Of a stretch of DNA of 59,867 bases, positions 1-13,460 are shown piece after piece (the stretch's first letter is position 1; the number at the start of each line of letters is the position of its first letter). A program made the position numbers and the translations under genes. The notes beneath the pieces were generated by a model that saw only the letters and a list, made by a program, of their open reading frames with translations, made no database searches and was not told where the DNA came from. The DNA lies in assembly GCA_000934665.2 (NCBI GenBank), contig KZ538602.1:1-59867 (forward strand), in the 5' to 3' direction. Origin of the DNA: Catajapyx aquilonaris. Lineage: Eukaryota.

Positions 1-1276
1 AAATTTCCCAGCTCATTAGGCCTATTTAATTTTTTGTTTAATTTATCAGGCCAACTTTTGAACTCTCCAAGGCGGTTAGTCGCATGGAAATCACACCCAA
101 GATGGAGCCAGAGACGACCGAAAATATCTGCCTGAAAAATTATAATTGCGAAAAATTTCCCATAGTTCCCATGATTATCCCCAACGTTGCCACATCATCA
201 ACCTCCTGACACTCGTCCCCAGGAATGCCAACCGTATTTCTCAGACCGAGGCCATTTCGAGTCTAACTGCAGCGTCACGACCTTGTCGACAACAACCTCT
301 CGACAATAGTAGTTTTTTTTAAGCAAGATGGTTGGTGAGGGGGGGGGGGGCATGTTGGAAAGGGCGCAAAGAACACGCTCTGCGGACGTGTTCTGGAGAG
401 AACTCCTGTTGCTGAGGAAGAAGAGAGAGGAGAAGCGGGTCTGGCTTTTCTTCCGCCCCCGTGCACAGGAATGCAATTTCATCAAGGAGGAGAAAGATGG
501 CCCCGGTGCAGTGTCAGCAAGGGAAAGAGGAAGAGGAGGCAGAGGAGGAGGGGGAGAGATCCTATAAGGACTTTGCTATTTCTCCAGCACTTTGACTCGG
601 CCTGGCTCAAAGTCAAGAGGATTGTGTATCGCCAACTTGCACCCGACCCCCTGATGTGAACGCCCTCAGGTGAACAAGCTGCCAATTAGCGGTGGGAACT
701 ACCCCCCTCATTTATTGCCGCTGAGAGGGGAAAAAATAGAAAGGGAAAAATTCAGGCTCGAAGAAAAGGGCTGAGGAAATTTTGACCAAATGGCACATAT
801 TTCCCCAGCAATTTATCCAACTCATCTTAATTGCAAAGATTAACTGGAGTTTAGTTAGTTTTTTTTTGACGAAGCACTTATAGGCCTATATAGTTTCTTC
901 AACAGGTAAGATATGGGTTAATTGTGGTGTAAGAGTCGTATCAACACACTTTCTACTGCGCATTAACCCTTATCTGCTCCACGTTAGAATGGTTCGAGAA
1001 ACTGGGCCTAACTACCGCTCTTAACGGCCTGTTAAAAAGGCCCCTTGTTGGAAAATAAAATAGTTAACCTACCAAGTGCATAGAAAATCTGATGAGTAAA
1101 GCGTCAATATAATGATATTAAATATTAATAAATGCAATATCGAAATAATTAAAATGCACAAAAATGCGACTTTATCAATGTGTCATAAAAATATGTGCAA
1201 ACATAAATTTGAATATGAAATTACATAAAATTAATAATAATGATGAGCAAATATTTACAATACATAAAATAGCATT

Positions 1277-1476
1277 ATAAAATACTATGAAATACAATTG
1301 CAGAATATAAAATACTATGAAATATAATTACAGAATATAAAAATACTATTAAATATAATTGCAGAATATAAAATACTATGAAATATAATTACAGAATATA
1401 AAATACTATGAAATATAATTACAGAATATAAAAATACTATTAAATATAATTACAGAATATAAAAATACTGTGAAAT
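1277..1476. repeat. AT-rich minisatellite, ~30-31 bp unit
   Basis: About 6 copies of AAATACTATGAAATATAATTACAGAATATA(A). Confidence 0.9.
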
Positions 1477-3068
1477 AGACTACATATTATGAAATATATT
1501 AAACATTATTCTGAAATCAATTAATATAAAATGATAATAAAATATAATAATAGCCACAAACATGAAATGCTTATGTGAGTTAATATGAACATAAATGCAA
1601 AAGAAAATAACATAAGCTTTAAATCCCTCTGATTTTGTAAGTACTAAGTACTGCTAGATTTTCTCTCCTTCAAAGAGACGTATCCGGTTCTGAAGCCCCA
1701 CAAACGTTCCCTTTTATATACACTGAATCCGGGTGTAATTCGATATATTGTACTGTACACTAGACACCCGTGTTTACAGCAAGACGAGAGCCCTCTTTTT
1801 TTCCCCCTCTCCGATTATACCCTTCTCTTAATCCCTTCCCCCAACCATGAGGCTCAGAGAAGAGGATGCAGCAACACCCACTTCAAATCATGGCCGTCCT
1901 TTGGAGTGAGGAAATTGAATAAAATAAAACACGACTCAAGGCCCTCAGTCTCCTTCTCTCTCTGTCTGTGTATGTGTGTGAGTAGAAGCAAGAAGAAGAA
2001 GAAGAGGAAAAAACCCTCCGCTTTTCAAGGGGAAATCCGCCCAACCTCGGAGCGAGAAAAATCTTCCGCTTGAGGATAATCCGCACGCTTTTCATTTCGA
2101 AAAGGTTTTACCTCCTAAAAATCCCCACCCACCCAGGGACGGTTCTTTTTTTGTATTTTTTTTGCAAACCCCTTCCCCCCAGCATTTGCACAAAACACCG
2201 TGTAATAACAGGATAACACACCCCGAGCCCCTCTGTACTCTCGCTCTTTTTTTAAAAAAAGCAGTTACTGATGATGAAAATGGCTCATTATTAAAAGCCG
2301 GGGTCAGTCACCAGTCAACTATGCATATTTTAAAAGCTAGTTTTTTAGAGGAAGTGAAGATTGGAAAATAACGAGGCAGGAATAGGCTCATCAGAGAGCG
2401 CATTAATTTCTTAACAAGCCCTATTAACCCAGCGCCATATTGATGCGATCGAAGAGCCATCTGTCGATATACCAAAGCGCAAGAGCCAACGTGAGAAAAT
2501 AGTCAGGAATTAAACTCTCATCTGATAAAAAATTTTCCAATAAAAATTTTTCAATTATTTTAATGATCTATAGTTACATTATTTTTGTGAACCGATTCTT
2601 GGCTATTTCGATATAGCATGCTGGCAACATGAAGGAGTTATAGATATCAAAGTAGCTATATGCAACTGCAGTGTCGAAATAGTCGCGACTCGGTCAAATA
2701 TTACATAATTACAGTACTTCAAAAATAATACACTGTAATTATTATGCATTTTAACTAATAAGTTATTTAATATTTGATCGAGTCGCAGATCTATTTTGTC
2801 CATTTTGTCACGTAGAATGCTGGCAACATCGCAGGTGGGGCGATATTAGCATAGCTGCTCATTTTGTAACTGCTATGACAGAATAACCACGAATCGATCC
2901 CATATTTCTTCAAACTTTAATAATTATATTTTAACTGGTAATTAATGTTTGATAGATTAGCTGCTGTAACGGATCCGCTATATAGTCTCATCTGATATTT
3001 AGTTGATCCATTAGTAGCTGTTTTGTCACAGCAGCTAATCTATCAACTATTAAATATTACTTTAAATA

Positions 3069-3273
3069 CAGGGTGATCCAAGTTCAAGTGTCCTTTTATA
3101 ACGGCGATTAATAGCAGTGATTTTGCGATGACGTAGCAGCGACGCGTAAAATGTCCCACTTCGGCGCATCTTCGGCGCCATCGAAGTGGGCAATTTTACA
3201 CGTCGCTGCTACGTCATCGTTAAGCGCTTCTATTAATCGCCGTTATAAAACGACACTTGCTTGGACCACCCTG
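3069..3273. mobile_element. Tc1/mariner-type MITE, family A copy 1
   Basis: TA|CAGGGTG...CACCCTG|TA termini; almost the whole element is an inverted repeat; near-identical copy at 44147-44353. Confidence 0.92.
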
Positions 3274-3431
3274 TATATTAATTGCGCTTTAAACTAATAT
3301 TTAATATTTGATCGAGTCGCGGCTATTTCGTCGTTCCCTGCTGGCAACATCCCGGGAAGCCGATATTAGCATAGCTCCCCAGTCTGTAACTGCTATGACG
3401 GAATAATCGGGAATGGATCCGCCAATATTAA

Positions 3432-3734
3432 ATAAAATAAATAAATAAAATATCATACCCCATTGAAGCCGTTCTGGCTTTTTAGGGGGGAGATTTGTTT
3501 TTTTTTGGCTGGAACTCTTGTAAACTTTATTTCGCTTTTTGGGACGGGATAGGGATGGAAGGAAGCGGCTGTGGCCTATTAACTAGGAAACAACTCCGGT
3601 ATTCACCTGGAGGAACCGTGGGAAACCACAGAAAACCACGGTCAGAGTTGCCGGCACCGGGATTCGAACCTCGAACCCAGGACCTCCCGATTAGCAGGCG
3701 GACTCCATATCCACTACACCAACCTGCTTCGGTA
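3432..3734 (-). mobile_element. tRNA-derived SINE, family 1 copy 1
   Basis: Minus strand: A box TGGTGTAGTGG, B box GGTTCGAATCC, body GGTTTTCTGTGGTTTCCC, (TTTA)n-like tail. 16-bp TSD GATCCGCCAATATTAA at 3416-3431 and 3735-3750. Homologous to 20825-21175. Confidence 0.92.
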
Positions 3735-5662
3735 GATCCGCCAATATTAATTACATTATTAGTTCAAAATCTAATAATTATATTTAAACTAGTATATTAA
3801 TATTCGATAGATTACCTACTGTGACGGATCAGCTACTAATGGATCAACTAAATATCAGCTCAAAATATGAGAATATTATATTTTGAACTAATATCTAACA
3901 TGTTATCGAGTCGCGATTATTTCGTCGCAGCCTGCTTGGCAACATCGCAGGGAGCTGGAATTAACATAGCTGCTCAGTCCGCAGCTGCTTTGACGGAATA
4001 GCCGCGAAATCTGCTTAATATAAATATTAGTTCAAATTATTATAATTATATTTTGAACTGATGTTTAATATTTGATCGATTCGCGGCTATTTCGTCAGTG
4101 TCAGTCACTTATCAGCTATGCTAATGTCGGCCCCCTGCCGTGTTGCCAGGCTTTGTGTATATGTGTGGCAGAGACGTGAAGGTTCGGTTTGAACAAGTGG
4201 TGTAATGAGGATTAGGGCAGCCGAAGGACCACTTTCGAGAGCTGAGCATCAGCTAAGACTGGACCTGGGACCGGTTTCATGGCCGGATTGGGGTAACTGC
4301 TAAATGGAGGGAAGAAGGGAGGGAGAAAGAGGGGAAGACAAGGAGAGGTGGTCTCTGGTGACCCGTTGGGTGGAGGGGGGGGGGCAAGTTACTCCTTGGG
4401 AAACTTGGTTGGGGAAAATCCCGTGGTGGCAGAGAAGCCAGCAGTTGAGAGCAAATGAGCTGGAGGAAGAAGAAACTTGCTCCACCCGCAGATCAACCTG
4501 ATTTCAACCCAAAATGCCAAGTTAGGCCCGGGTGCCGAAAAGATCTTACACGTTGAGAGGTGTTTCTTAACCAGGTAGTGTGGACAATGTGTAACTTACT
4601 CCCAGATTAACTGCTAGGATCTAAAACATAGCAAATGAACATGAAACAATTTGTTTGGCTAGATTAGGTTAGGCATGGCAACACTGTTCTTATCAACCGA
4701 ATAGTGAGCCGGTTCCGGAACAGATACAGTTTCCGGATTCTATTTAGGCTGCTTCCTGGAGTTACGAAAAAAAAGATTCAATATTCCATGCGGGGCTATC
4801 AGAAGTGCATAAAGAGTATCAACCGCAAAATATCAATTGATTTCATGTGAACTGGAGGCCATTCGTTGCTGGATTTAATGACATCGTACATTAGAGTTAC
4901 AATGGTCATATCATTTTGATTACCTTCAATCGGCATTCACCTGTCGCGATCTGACCACAGTTATTAAACCGCGCTGGTCATGAAGGCAAAAAATTTATTA
5001 TAATCGATGTTGGTTATCATAACGTTGGTCCTAAGCTGCTTGTCTTTAATATTGGCAACACTTGCTCTTAGCAGCATTTTCGGAGCCAACAATACAAATA
5101 CCACTGGACTTTACAGTAACTCATGACTGTTCCAACTATTGAATTATGCGCAGTGTAAGCGTCCAATAATTTTTTTTCTCCTACATACTCGTACAGAGTC
5201 GGACACAAAGCTTGGTCTTTGTAGTCGGCTCATACATAGTAATACAATCCGTTACATTCCTGACTCATACAAAAGGGGAGGCTTGTCTGGGGGTACACAC
5301 ACGTGTTACTGTACTGCAAAGCTTACAGAATCCTAGAAGCGAGGGGGGTTATAATAGCTGTAAGATGGAGCCATGTGGATGGGAATTTGGGAAGCAGTAT
5401 CGCGAAATTGCAGTGCTGAGATGGTGGGGAGAGGAGGAGAGAGGAGGAGGAGGAGGAGGAGGAGAGTTTTGGCCAATTCCATCCTCTCCCCCTTGCTCTC
5501 CAACCTTCAACTCTGATGTAGTGTATACGTTGTGTGGATCCGGACATTAGCGAAAGTGATGCTGCGTCTTCCAAGATGGAGCCTGAAGGTTCAATCTTGG
5601 AAAATAATACAGGGTGAGACAGAACTCTGGAGGGGTAGTCGATGGCCCAAAACAAGCAATGG

Positions 5663-5750
5663 GCTAGGTTAGGTCAATTCAATTCAGGTTAGGTTAGATT
5701 AGATTAGGTTAGGTTAGGTTAGGTTAGGTTAGGTTAGATCAGATCAGATT
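5663..5750 (+). repeat. (TTAGG)n interstitial tract
   Basis: Run of TTAGG units with TTAGA/TCAGA variants; TTAGG is the common arthropod telomeric unit. Confidence 0.85.
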
Positions 5751-7327
5751 CGACAACGACCGGAACACATTCCCCTAGACATAGGTGGCAACCCACATTC
5801 GAGCATATACACAAGGATGTGTCAAACACTGAGTGATGTACAAATTCCGCTAGATTGTTTTTTTTTGCAACTTGTTTTCGGCGAACAGGGTGGGGTCAAG
5901 AAGTTTACTAATATTCTGAGGATGTGAGGAACATAACGCTGATGCGATGGCCTTAAGTTTACCCGGAGTTTGAGCCACCCTCCAAGTTTGGCTTGATTGA
6001 AAATTGTTTGTGGGGTGGGTGTGTTTGGTAAGTTTTGGGAGAGCTAAACACTTACCCTCGACGAGTTTGTAGATTGTGCCATACCTATCATCGGATTGTT
6101 TCGCTCTGGGTTTGGTTATTTTAAGCAGTTACTTTGGAACACATTCCAAAAAAAATTAAATAATAATTTACGTAAAGAAGTTCAATGATAAAAACAAAAT
6201 AGTCAAACATTTTTTTAAAGATGTACATATAAACAAGTGTATAATTAATATCTTACAAAGTCTAACTACATACCTACTATCGGGTTCAAATAGGTGCCTT
6301 GGCATTTATTTATTTATTTATTTATTTATTTGTCTTTTTGTGTTTATGTATTTATTTTTAATCGCCTAACTACTACACATTATTCCCGAGGTTGACTTTT
6401 CCGCATATTGATGCTACTCCTAGTAAGAGTAGCAGCTAAACAACAAAGCAGCTGAATGGGGACATTTCATCCGGAACACCCCGTGTGATAGAGGCCCAGT
6501 GCCGTGTAAAACGGCGTAATTACCCCCAATCAGTCATGCACATCCCATCTTCACTTTCCTCCCTAATGACTCTGCCGCATATATCCTCCTCCTGGTGGTG
6601 GTCCTTCTCTCCCTCTGTCTCTCTCTTCCTTTTCTCCACCTCCCCCTAAGAGGACGTCAATTCGTTACCCATAGTCTCCCCCCCCCCCCCAACAAAGGGC
6701 TGGCGTGGCTGCAAATGATATAAAAGAATATAAACAGTGAATGGGACGGACCAGACCTCGCTATTTAAAGCCAACCCCTCCCCACCCTGCCCACCCACAC
6801 CCCACCAGGACTTGAAGGCGCGTCGCGTCCTAATGCGCGTCACACTGTTTTTTTGGCCCCGAAAAAAAGGACACGTCCAACAAAACCGGATAAGTTAATC
6901 TCATGTCTTTTCAAACGCCCCGGATTGTTTTTTTTGTTGTTGTTGTTAGAGTTCAAACGCCCCGGAATTGAAATGGATTAAAAAATGGAGTGCATTACAG
7001 GGTGGTTGTGGGAGTGGATGGCATTGTTGCACTTGCAGTTTGATTATTTTTGCATGTCGACATGCGCTGTGTTAAGTGCGAGGGAAGTAGCCTACTTGGC
7101 AGTGACACTTTTTATAGCAATGGTCGTGTTAGTCGCGTGTTCTATTGTTGCTGATATGACACGATAGCTGGCTGCAGGGTGGAAGTTTTTTTTATTGGAT
7201 TGTTCTTTCCAGCAACCTGATAAAAATTATCAACCTATTTAATCATGTTCCTTCCTTTTTATTTCTTGTATTTAGCCATTTTTAGTAAAAGCAAGGATCT
7301 CAAATTGGGCACCATTTGCCATTATAA

Positions 7328-7390
7328 ATTATGGAGATTGCTTAATTAAATTAATAAATTTTATTCATTTAATTAAGCAATCTCGATAAT
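7328..7390. repeat. Near-perfect palindrome
   Basis: 31-bp arms ATTATGGAGATTGCTTAATTAAAT... with 2 mismatches and a 1-nt centre at 7359. Confidence 0.85.
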
Positions 7391-7669
7391 AGCCTATTAC
7401 ATAGCCTATAATAAATAAGAAACAAACAAACAAATTAAAATAAATAAATAAATATCAAATTAAAATAAATAAATAACAAATTAAAATAAATAAATACATA
7501 AATAAAACAAAATTAATAAAAAGAATAACTTGTATGAAATAAAAAAACATGTATAACAGAACTAGAATAATAAATACCGGTAACCATAATAACCATAATA
7601 ACATTAACAATGTTAATATTTTATTTTGTTCATTATTTAATACTATATTTAGTATTATATTATGTATTA

Positions 7670-7885
7670 ATTATTGTTAGTCTTGTACAAAATATTTAGT
7701 ATAATATTATTTATTTATTATTATTAGTCTTGTACCAAATATTTAGTATCATATTATTTATTATTATTAGTTTTGTACCAAATATTTAGTATGATATTAT
7801 TTATTATTATTATTAGTCTTGTACCAAATATTTAGTATAATATTATCTATTATTATTAGTTTTGTACCAAATATTTAGTATTATA
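7670..7885. repeat. AT-rich minisatellite, ~42-49 bp unit
   Basis: Five copies of TTAGT(C/T)TTGTACCAAATATTTAGTAT with variable (TTA)n spacers. Confidence 0.9.
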
Positions 7886-8944
7886 ACTTCTCATATATAT
7901 TATTTATTTTATTCAAATTATTATGTATTTATATTCATTTGTTATTTTAATTTATTAATAATATAATTACTTCTATCGATTTTACTGCAATTGCAATTTT
8001 TTAAGTTTCTGATATTTTTTGCCAAAATTGACTACCTGATCAGATATCCTCATTCAATATCCCAAATTTGAAGACGCAAAAAGAATATATTGCAAAATAT
8101 TGCAAGTCTTGCCCTCCCTAGCAAGCTTGCTAGGCAATTTAATTTAACGGACTTTGCCTCGTTGAACCTTCATGAATAATTGTAACAATCCGCGGGCTTA
8201 AGATCTTGTAACCTCTGCTTAATTCCCATTTTTTGACGGAAAAAAGCACTCTGGAAAAATAGGGGATTTGTTGTCATCTCCTGGTTCTCCGGAGCGATTA
8301 ATCTCTGATGACAAAAAGTCTTCGAAAGAAAGGAAAAGGAAAAAAAAAGAGTGAGTTACACACTTTCTTAATCGCCGTGTACGCAAAAGAGGCAGTAAAA
8401 TGGCGGAATTTACGCAATTTCGCCCTCAGTACTGACGTTCATTGTCTGCTTAGTGCCCCCCTCCCTCCCCTACTTTTTTTTTCCTTTGCAGTCATTTGCC
8501 CTCAACGAAAGAGGGGGGACATGAAGAAGGAGGGAGAGAAAGAAAGGAAGGGAAGGTTAACAAAGAGGAGGGAAAAGAACTTTTATTGTTTGTCGCTTTT
8601 ATAGGCTGTTAAAGCTTTAACAGCACCGCCGAGAGAGGGAGGGCCAAACGTAAGTATTTTCAAGGGAGGAGGGGAGGAGGAGGAGGGAGGTAGCCACGAT
8701 TTCAACCCGGAACGGACAAAAGCTGAATGGCCAGAAAATTGGGGGTGAAACAACTCGATTGTTGCTTGCCCGACTTCCATTGGGCTTAAAATAAGGTTAA
8801 TCTATAACCGTGGATTCAAAATGGCTTGCGGGTGACGTTGCCACCTCTACAAAAGCTGCACAAGGTGGCCATTCAGAGTTTGATGCCACAAACCTCTGTC
8901 TTTGACGTCGTGGGTTTAATAATAACTTAATAAATACATATATA

Positions 8945-9277
8945 CAGGGTGTTTCAACTTTTTTTTTGTCCGAACAGTTATCGGAAAATTGCACGTAGCT
9001 GTTACTTTGTAAGCAGTGACTTGCAACCGGTGATTTGTCGGAGGAANNNNNNGGGGGGGGGGGGGGGGGAAGAGGTCCACACATCCGATAGCACGTGTGA
9101 CCCTCCAGGCTTGACCCTCAGTTTTCAGCGGGCAGCACGTATGCCACATCAACCTACGATTCGCAGGGAATATTCTCCGTTCCTCCGAAAAATCCCCGTT
9201 TGCAAGTCACTGCTTACAAAGTAGCAGCTACGTGGAATTATCCGATAACTGTTCCGACAAAAAGTTGAAACACCCTG
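8945..9277. mobile_element. Tc1/mariner-type MITE, family B copy 1
   Basis: TA|CAGGGTGTTTCAACTTTT...AAAAGTTGAAACACCCTG|TA; ~100-bp imperfect TIRs; second copy inverted at 43442-43727. Confidence 0.92.
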
Positions 9278-9432
9278 TACAATAAACATAATAAAGACGA
9301 GTATAAAAGAACTCTAGTAATACAATATGATACACTATAACATAATTATAATTAATATTAAAGAAGTTGTCTTACTATAGCAAGTAGTGTTTAGGCTTCG
9401 TGAAGGTTGATTATATGCCATTTTCAAAGCTA

Positions 9433-9702
9433 CACTCTTAACCATTTACCTTCTCTAGAGAGGGTAAGAAAGTGGCCATTTTTTACCTTACATTGTAGGG
9501 TAAATATTCTTGGGTAAATTGATTCTAAGGTAAATTTTGCATGTATTACCTTAGAAAATAGAAGGTAAAAAGAGGCCCTTTTTACCCTCTATTTTCTAAG
9601 GTAACACATGCAAATTTTACCTAAGAATATTTACCCTACAATGTAAGGTAAAAAAATGGCCACTTTCTTACTCTCTCTAGAGAAGGAAAATGGTTAAGAG
9701 TG
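9433..9702. mobile_element. Foldback MITE with CACT...AGTG ends (CMC/EnSpm-like, tentative)
   Basis: CACTCTTAACCATTT...AAATGGTTAAGAGTG; arms pair nearly to a 5-nt centre (AGGCC, 9573-9577). Flanks are TA and AA, so the TSD is imperfect. Confidence 0.8.
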
Positions 9703-9765
9703 AAGAAGCAGCTACTAAGCCTGCTTCTATATACAGTGTCTAACCATGCATTGACATGCCCTGCT

Positions 9766-9829
9766 NNNNNNNNNNNNNNNNNNNNNNNNNNNNNNNNNNN
9801 NNNNNNNNNNNNNNNNNNNNNNNNNNNNN
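9766..9829. other. Assembly gap beside a poly-C tract
   Basis: N run. The other gaps (9047-9052, 31918-32071, 56746-56816) also abut G/C homopolymers. Confidence 0.95.
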
Positions 9830-10371
9830 CCCCCCCCCCTGATTTAGAGCCCTGCACAATTCACGCCTCCTGCAGCAGCAAGCAGTATGCCTAGGCTTCA
9901 TTTGCTATATATATTTTTCCCCGATCCAATTCCAATAACGCGCCCTGGTGTCGACTGCCTCATTTGAGCCCAACACAAATCCCCCTGCATAACAGCCCTA
10001 CAGGGCACCGTATAATACTGGCAGAGAAAAGAGCTCCAGGAATAACTTGAGAAGGAAGGGGGGTTGGGGGGGAGGAGGAACTGAAGAAAATTTGCATCCG
10101 ATACCAATATTCAGAAAGAGAAAAGAGATGGTATCAAAAAATCTGAAACAACACCCAAAAGGAGAGACGTTTCTTTCTTATCCGATGTTATCTTTTCATT
10201 ACTCTTTTGCAAGTTGGGTCATCCAGAGGGAGCCACAAAAGCACATTGGCAATACTGAAGGATGGAAGGATCGAGAAGGAAATGTATTCACATATATGCA
10301 ATGGGTTCGGCTCCTTTTATTGGAGCCTGATTATTCATGTGGGACCTGATCCAAGCAGACCTGAAGCAGGC

Positions 10372-10442
10372 TAATTTCAGATCTGCTACCATACTCATTT
10401 CCACAAATTGTGCAAATGAGTAAGGTAGCAGACCTGAAATTA
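10372..10442. repeat. Near-perfect palindrome
   Basis: 35-bp arms TAATTTCAGATCTGCTACCATACTCATTTCCACAA with 3 mismatches and a 1-nt centre at 10407. Confidence 0.9.
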
Positions 10443-13289
10443 CAGTTACTGTACTGATGGCCCATGTGAATGACCGGAATGACCCTTACCTCCTATAGAG
10501 ATATCGAAATAAATGTCGACAATTCACTGGACTGTTGGCAAAGCTGTCCAGATCTCTCAGCCGTTATCTACAGTTGTAATAAGGTCTAAGCCTCCATATT
10601 TCACACCCCAGGGTCTCAAGGAAAGGGGGCCAGGACAGACCTACATTAGAAAAAATAACCTGTCGATTTCAACCCTTAAGCTTCCTTCTTGCTATCTCGC
10701 TGGTCCACCCGAACAAAGCCGTCAAGTTACAGGCTTCTTAATCCACACAAGTCCGGCTATAAATAAATTTGTTACCGCTTCTTTTCCCCCGCTCTACTCG
10801 CACCTAATCATATAATGAAGAAGTACAGGGTTGGCCTGGAATTTTATGATCGCCAAAAAAAAAAGAAGAAAAAAAAGTAGCCTCCTTCTGTAAGGCTTTC
10901 TGAAGCAGCGGCGACAAAACCGCCATAAATTCCGGCCCACAGGAAGACAGAGTAAGATTGAACGTCCAGAATTCCACTATTCCTTCTTCTCGATCCTGCT
11001 TTTTTAAGGTCTAAATTCTGGTCGGAATTTTTCACTTTTTATACAGATTCTTAATGGGATGGTTCAGTCTAGATTGTTAATAAAATAATGATGCTGATAA
11101 TAACATGACGAATAATGTGATAATTAATATAATGTGATAATTAAAAATAACATTTTATTTGTATTTTATATTTTTATATTTTCTCAACAATATCATATTC
11201 ATTAGCATTTCATCATTATTGTGTTAACAAGATAAATTGATAAAATAGAAACAGAAAATATAATCACAGAATAAAAATAATATATAATCACCGAATAAAA
11301 GTAACAAAATATTATAGTATGATAACATACCGTAATAAATGTAATAATCTATAATAAATAAATTAATAAAATATATGTCAAATATATAACAAAATATAAT
11401 AGTATGATAACATAATAAATGTAATAAACTATAATAAATAAAATAATAAAATATATGTCAAATATATGTATAAATATACAACAAAATAATAAAGTATATG
11501 TAAATATATAATAAAGTATATGTAAATATATAATAAAATATATGTAAAATATATAACAAAATAATAAAATATAGCCTACCATTAGAATTAAATACAATAG
11601 AAAATTTAATAACGATAAACGATAAAACGATAAACCTAATTTATAATAAACATAAAAATGTAACAGTCAAATAAAATAATAATAATAATAATCTAACAAA
11701 ATGAAATAATCTAACAAAATGAAATAATCTAACGAAATAAAAATGTAACAAAATAAAATAATATAACAAAAATTAAAATGTAACAAAAATGAAAATGTAA
11801 CGAAACATACTTAATGAAAATAAAAGTGTAATAAAATAATGTAGTATAATACTGTATAATAACTGATTTTCTCAAAATTAATGACATTTTATAAGTCTTG
11901 AACTTCCAGTGAAATTTTGAGCGTGTTCGCTGCCTCGAAAGTGAAATGTAACGTGGCAGCCACCTGTTCCTGAGCTTTTCTGCACTTCATTTCTTTAAGA
12001 ACGCAAGGGGGGTAGATTACCGCATTATTTTTCGTTTCCTTGAGACTGAAATTAGGGACGTTCTAATTCCGAGCATCCACTGAAAATGGATTCGGAAAAA
12101 TGCTTACTTATAGAACCGGTTATGATTGGAGGTAAACACCCTTTCAGATAATGTTGGATCGTTATTTAAGACTGGGATTGATTTTGGATCGTTATTACCT
12201 TCGTTTGTTAAAAAGTGTTTTTTTTGTGTGTGCTAATAGTTGCACGCAGTCTGTTTCTTAGCAGAAAATTAAAAGAGTTGAGATTTTTCTTGTGCTGTTT
12301 GCCGGTTCCTCCTCTTGTTATCCGAATATCACTTTCTTCCTTATTAGCCACGCTCGTCACTTTCTTGATGTCAGAAGGGTGTAACCATGACTCCCAATAG
12401 CGGCCCCTTGATTTGTGATAAAATTTGTCTACCTATATACTTTTTTTAAAAAAATCAAATTTTATGAATAATTTAACAACACATACAGATGGGAGAGTGG
12501 TTCTTTAATTCTTCCACATGAAAAACGCTCGTTTCGGTCCAGCTGTCAAAAAGAGGCAGTTTTTTTCTCTCTCTCTCTCTCCTTTTTTTGGGAAAAACAG
12601 GGGGAGGGAGATGAGGGAGTGAAAATAGCTGGAGAGTGGGGGGTCTCCCCGCCCCCCCCCCCCAAAAGCGTTTTTAATTCGGGCAATTCCACGTCGATGT
12701 GGCTACGATAATCAATAAGTTGCAGGAAATTGGGTGCGTGCCGTGTGATTTGAGCCGTGCTCCATCCCCTTTGAACCAGGGTGAGGTCACACAAAAATAC
12801 CACCCCCTCCCCTCCCTCCCCCTCCAAAAAAAAAGAAGAGAAGAGATGATTGGTGTCACTCCGTCTCTTCCCCCTTCCCCCTTCCCCCCCAAATGTAGCG
12901 TCACGCACATTCCTCTAAACCTCTAACACACAAAAAAATTTCAATCAGCTGATTTGATCAAAAACAGTTTTCAAATCCTGGGTCAGACACCCTCTTTCAA
13001 TTGAATTTTTTTTTCAATTATTGGCTCTGGGAAATATTCACTTTAGATGACACGTTTGAATTGTCACACACCAAAAATAAAAAGAGAGGGAGAGACACAG
13101 AGAGAGCTCTGGTCTCTTCCTGACTCACCCCGGTTTTTTGATTAGGGCATACATTAGCACTGCTTTTGAAATAGGAAAAGGCCCGGAAAAGTGGTAACCT
13201 TTTGTGTGTTTCAATGAGTAAACCGTTAGTGGGTGAAACTGCTTTCAAAAACTGATATCAAAATCTGCTTACGGTATGATGTTGCTTTA

Positions 13290-13460
13290 ATAGTTATTAT
13301 TAGCTGTCATTAACTGTTAGAGCAGTCATTATTAGCTGTTATTAACTGCTATAGCAGTCATTATTAGATGCTATTAACTGTTATAGCAGTTATTATTAGA
13401 TGTTATTAACTGTTATAGCAGTTATTATTAGATGTTATTAACTGTTATAGCAGTTATTGA
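13290..13460. repeat. Minisatellite, ~32 bp unit
   Basis: AGCAGTTATTATTAGATGTTATTAACTGTTAT, about 5 copies. Confidence 0.88.

Larger units (their letters stand above)
2600..4150. repeat. Degenerate complex repeat hosting a MITE and a SINE
   Basis: Motif TGGCAACAT...ATTAGCATAGCT...CTGCTATGACGGAATA recurs near 2620, 2820, 3340 and 3938. ATTTGATCGAGTCGC-like words recur near 2772, 3306 and 4070. Segment 2994-3045 reappears inverted at ~3806-3858. Confidence 0.7.

Noticed and set aside
4138..4687. hAT element bounded by CCGTGTTGCCA...TGGCAACACTG
   Set aside because: No 8-bp TSD, and TGGCAAC words are common throughout the window.
5663..5750. True telomere
   Set aside because: Short, degenerate and internal to the window.
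8945..9224. Conserved peptide SSDKSPVASHCL shared with ORF 43470-43697
   Set aside because: The similarity comes from two copies of MITE family B, not protein conservation.
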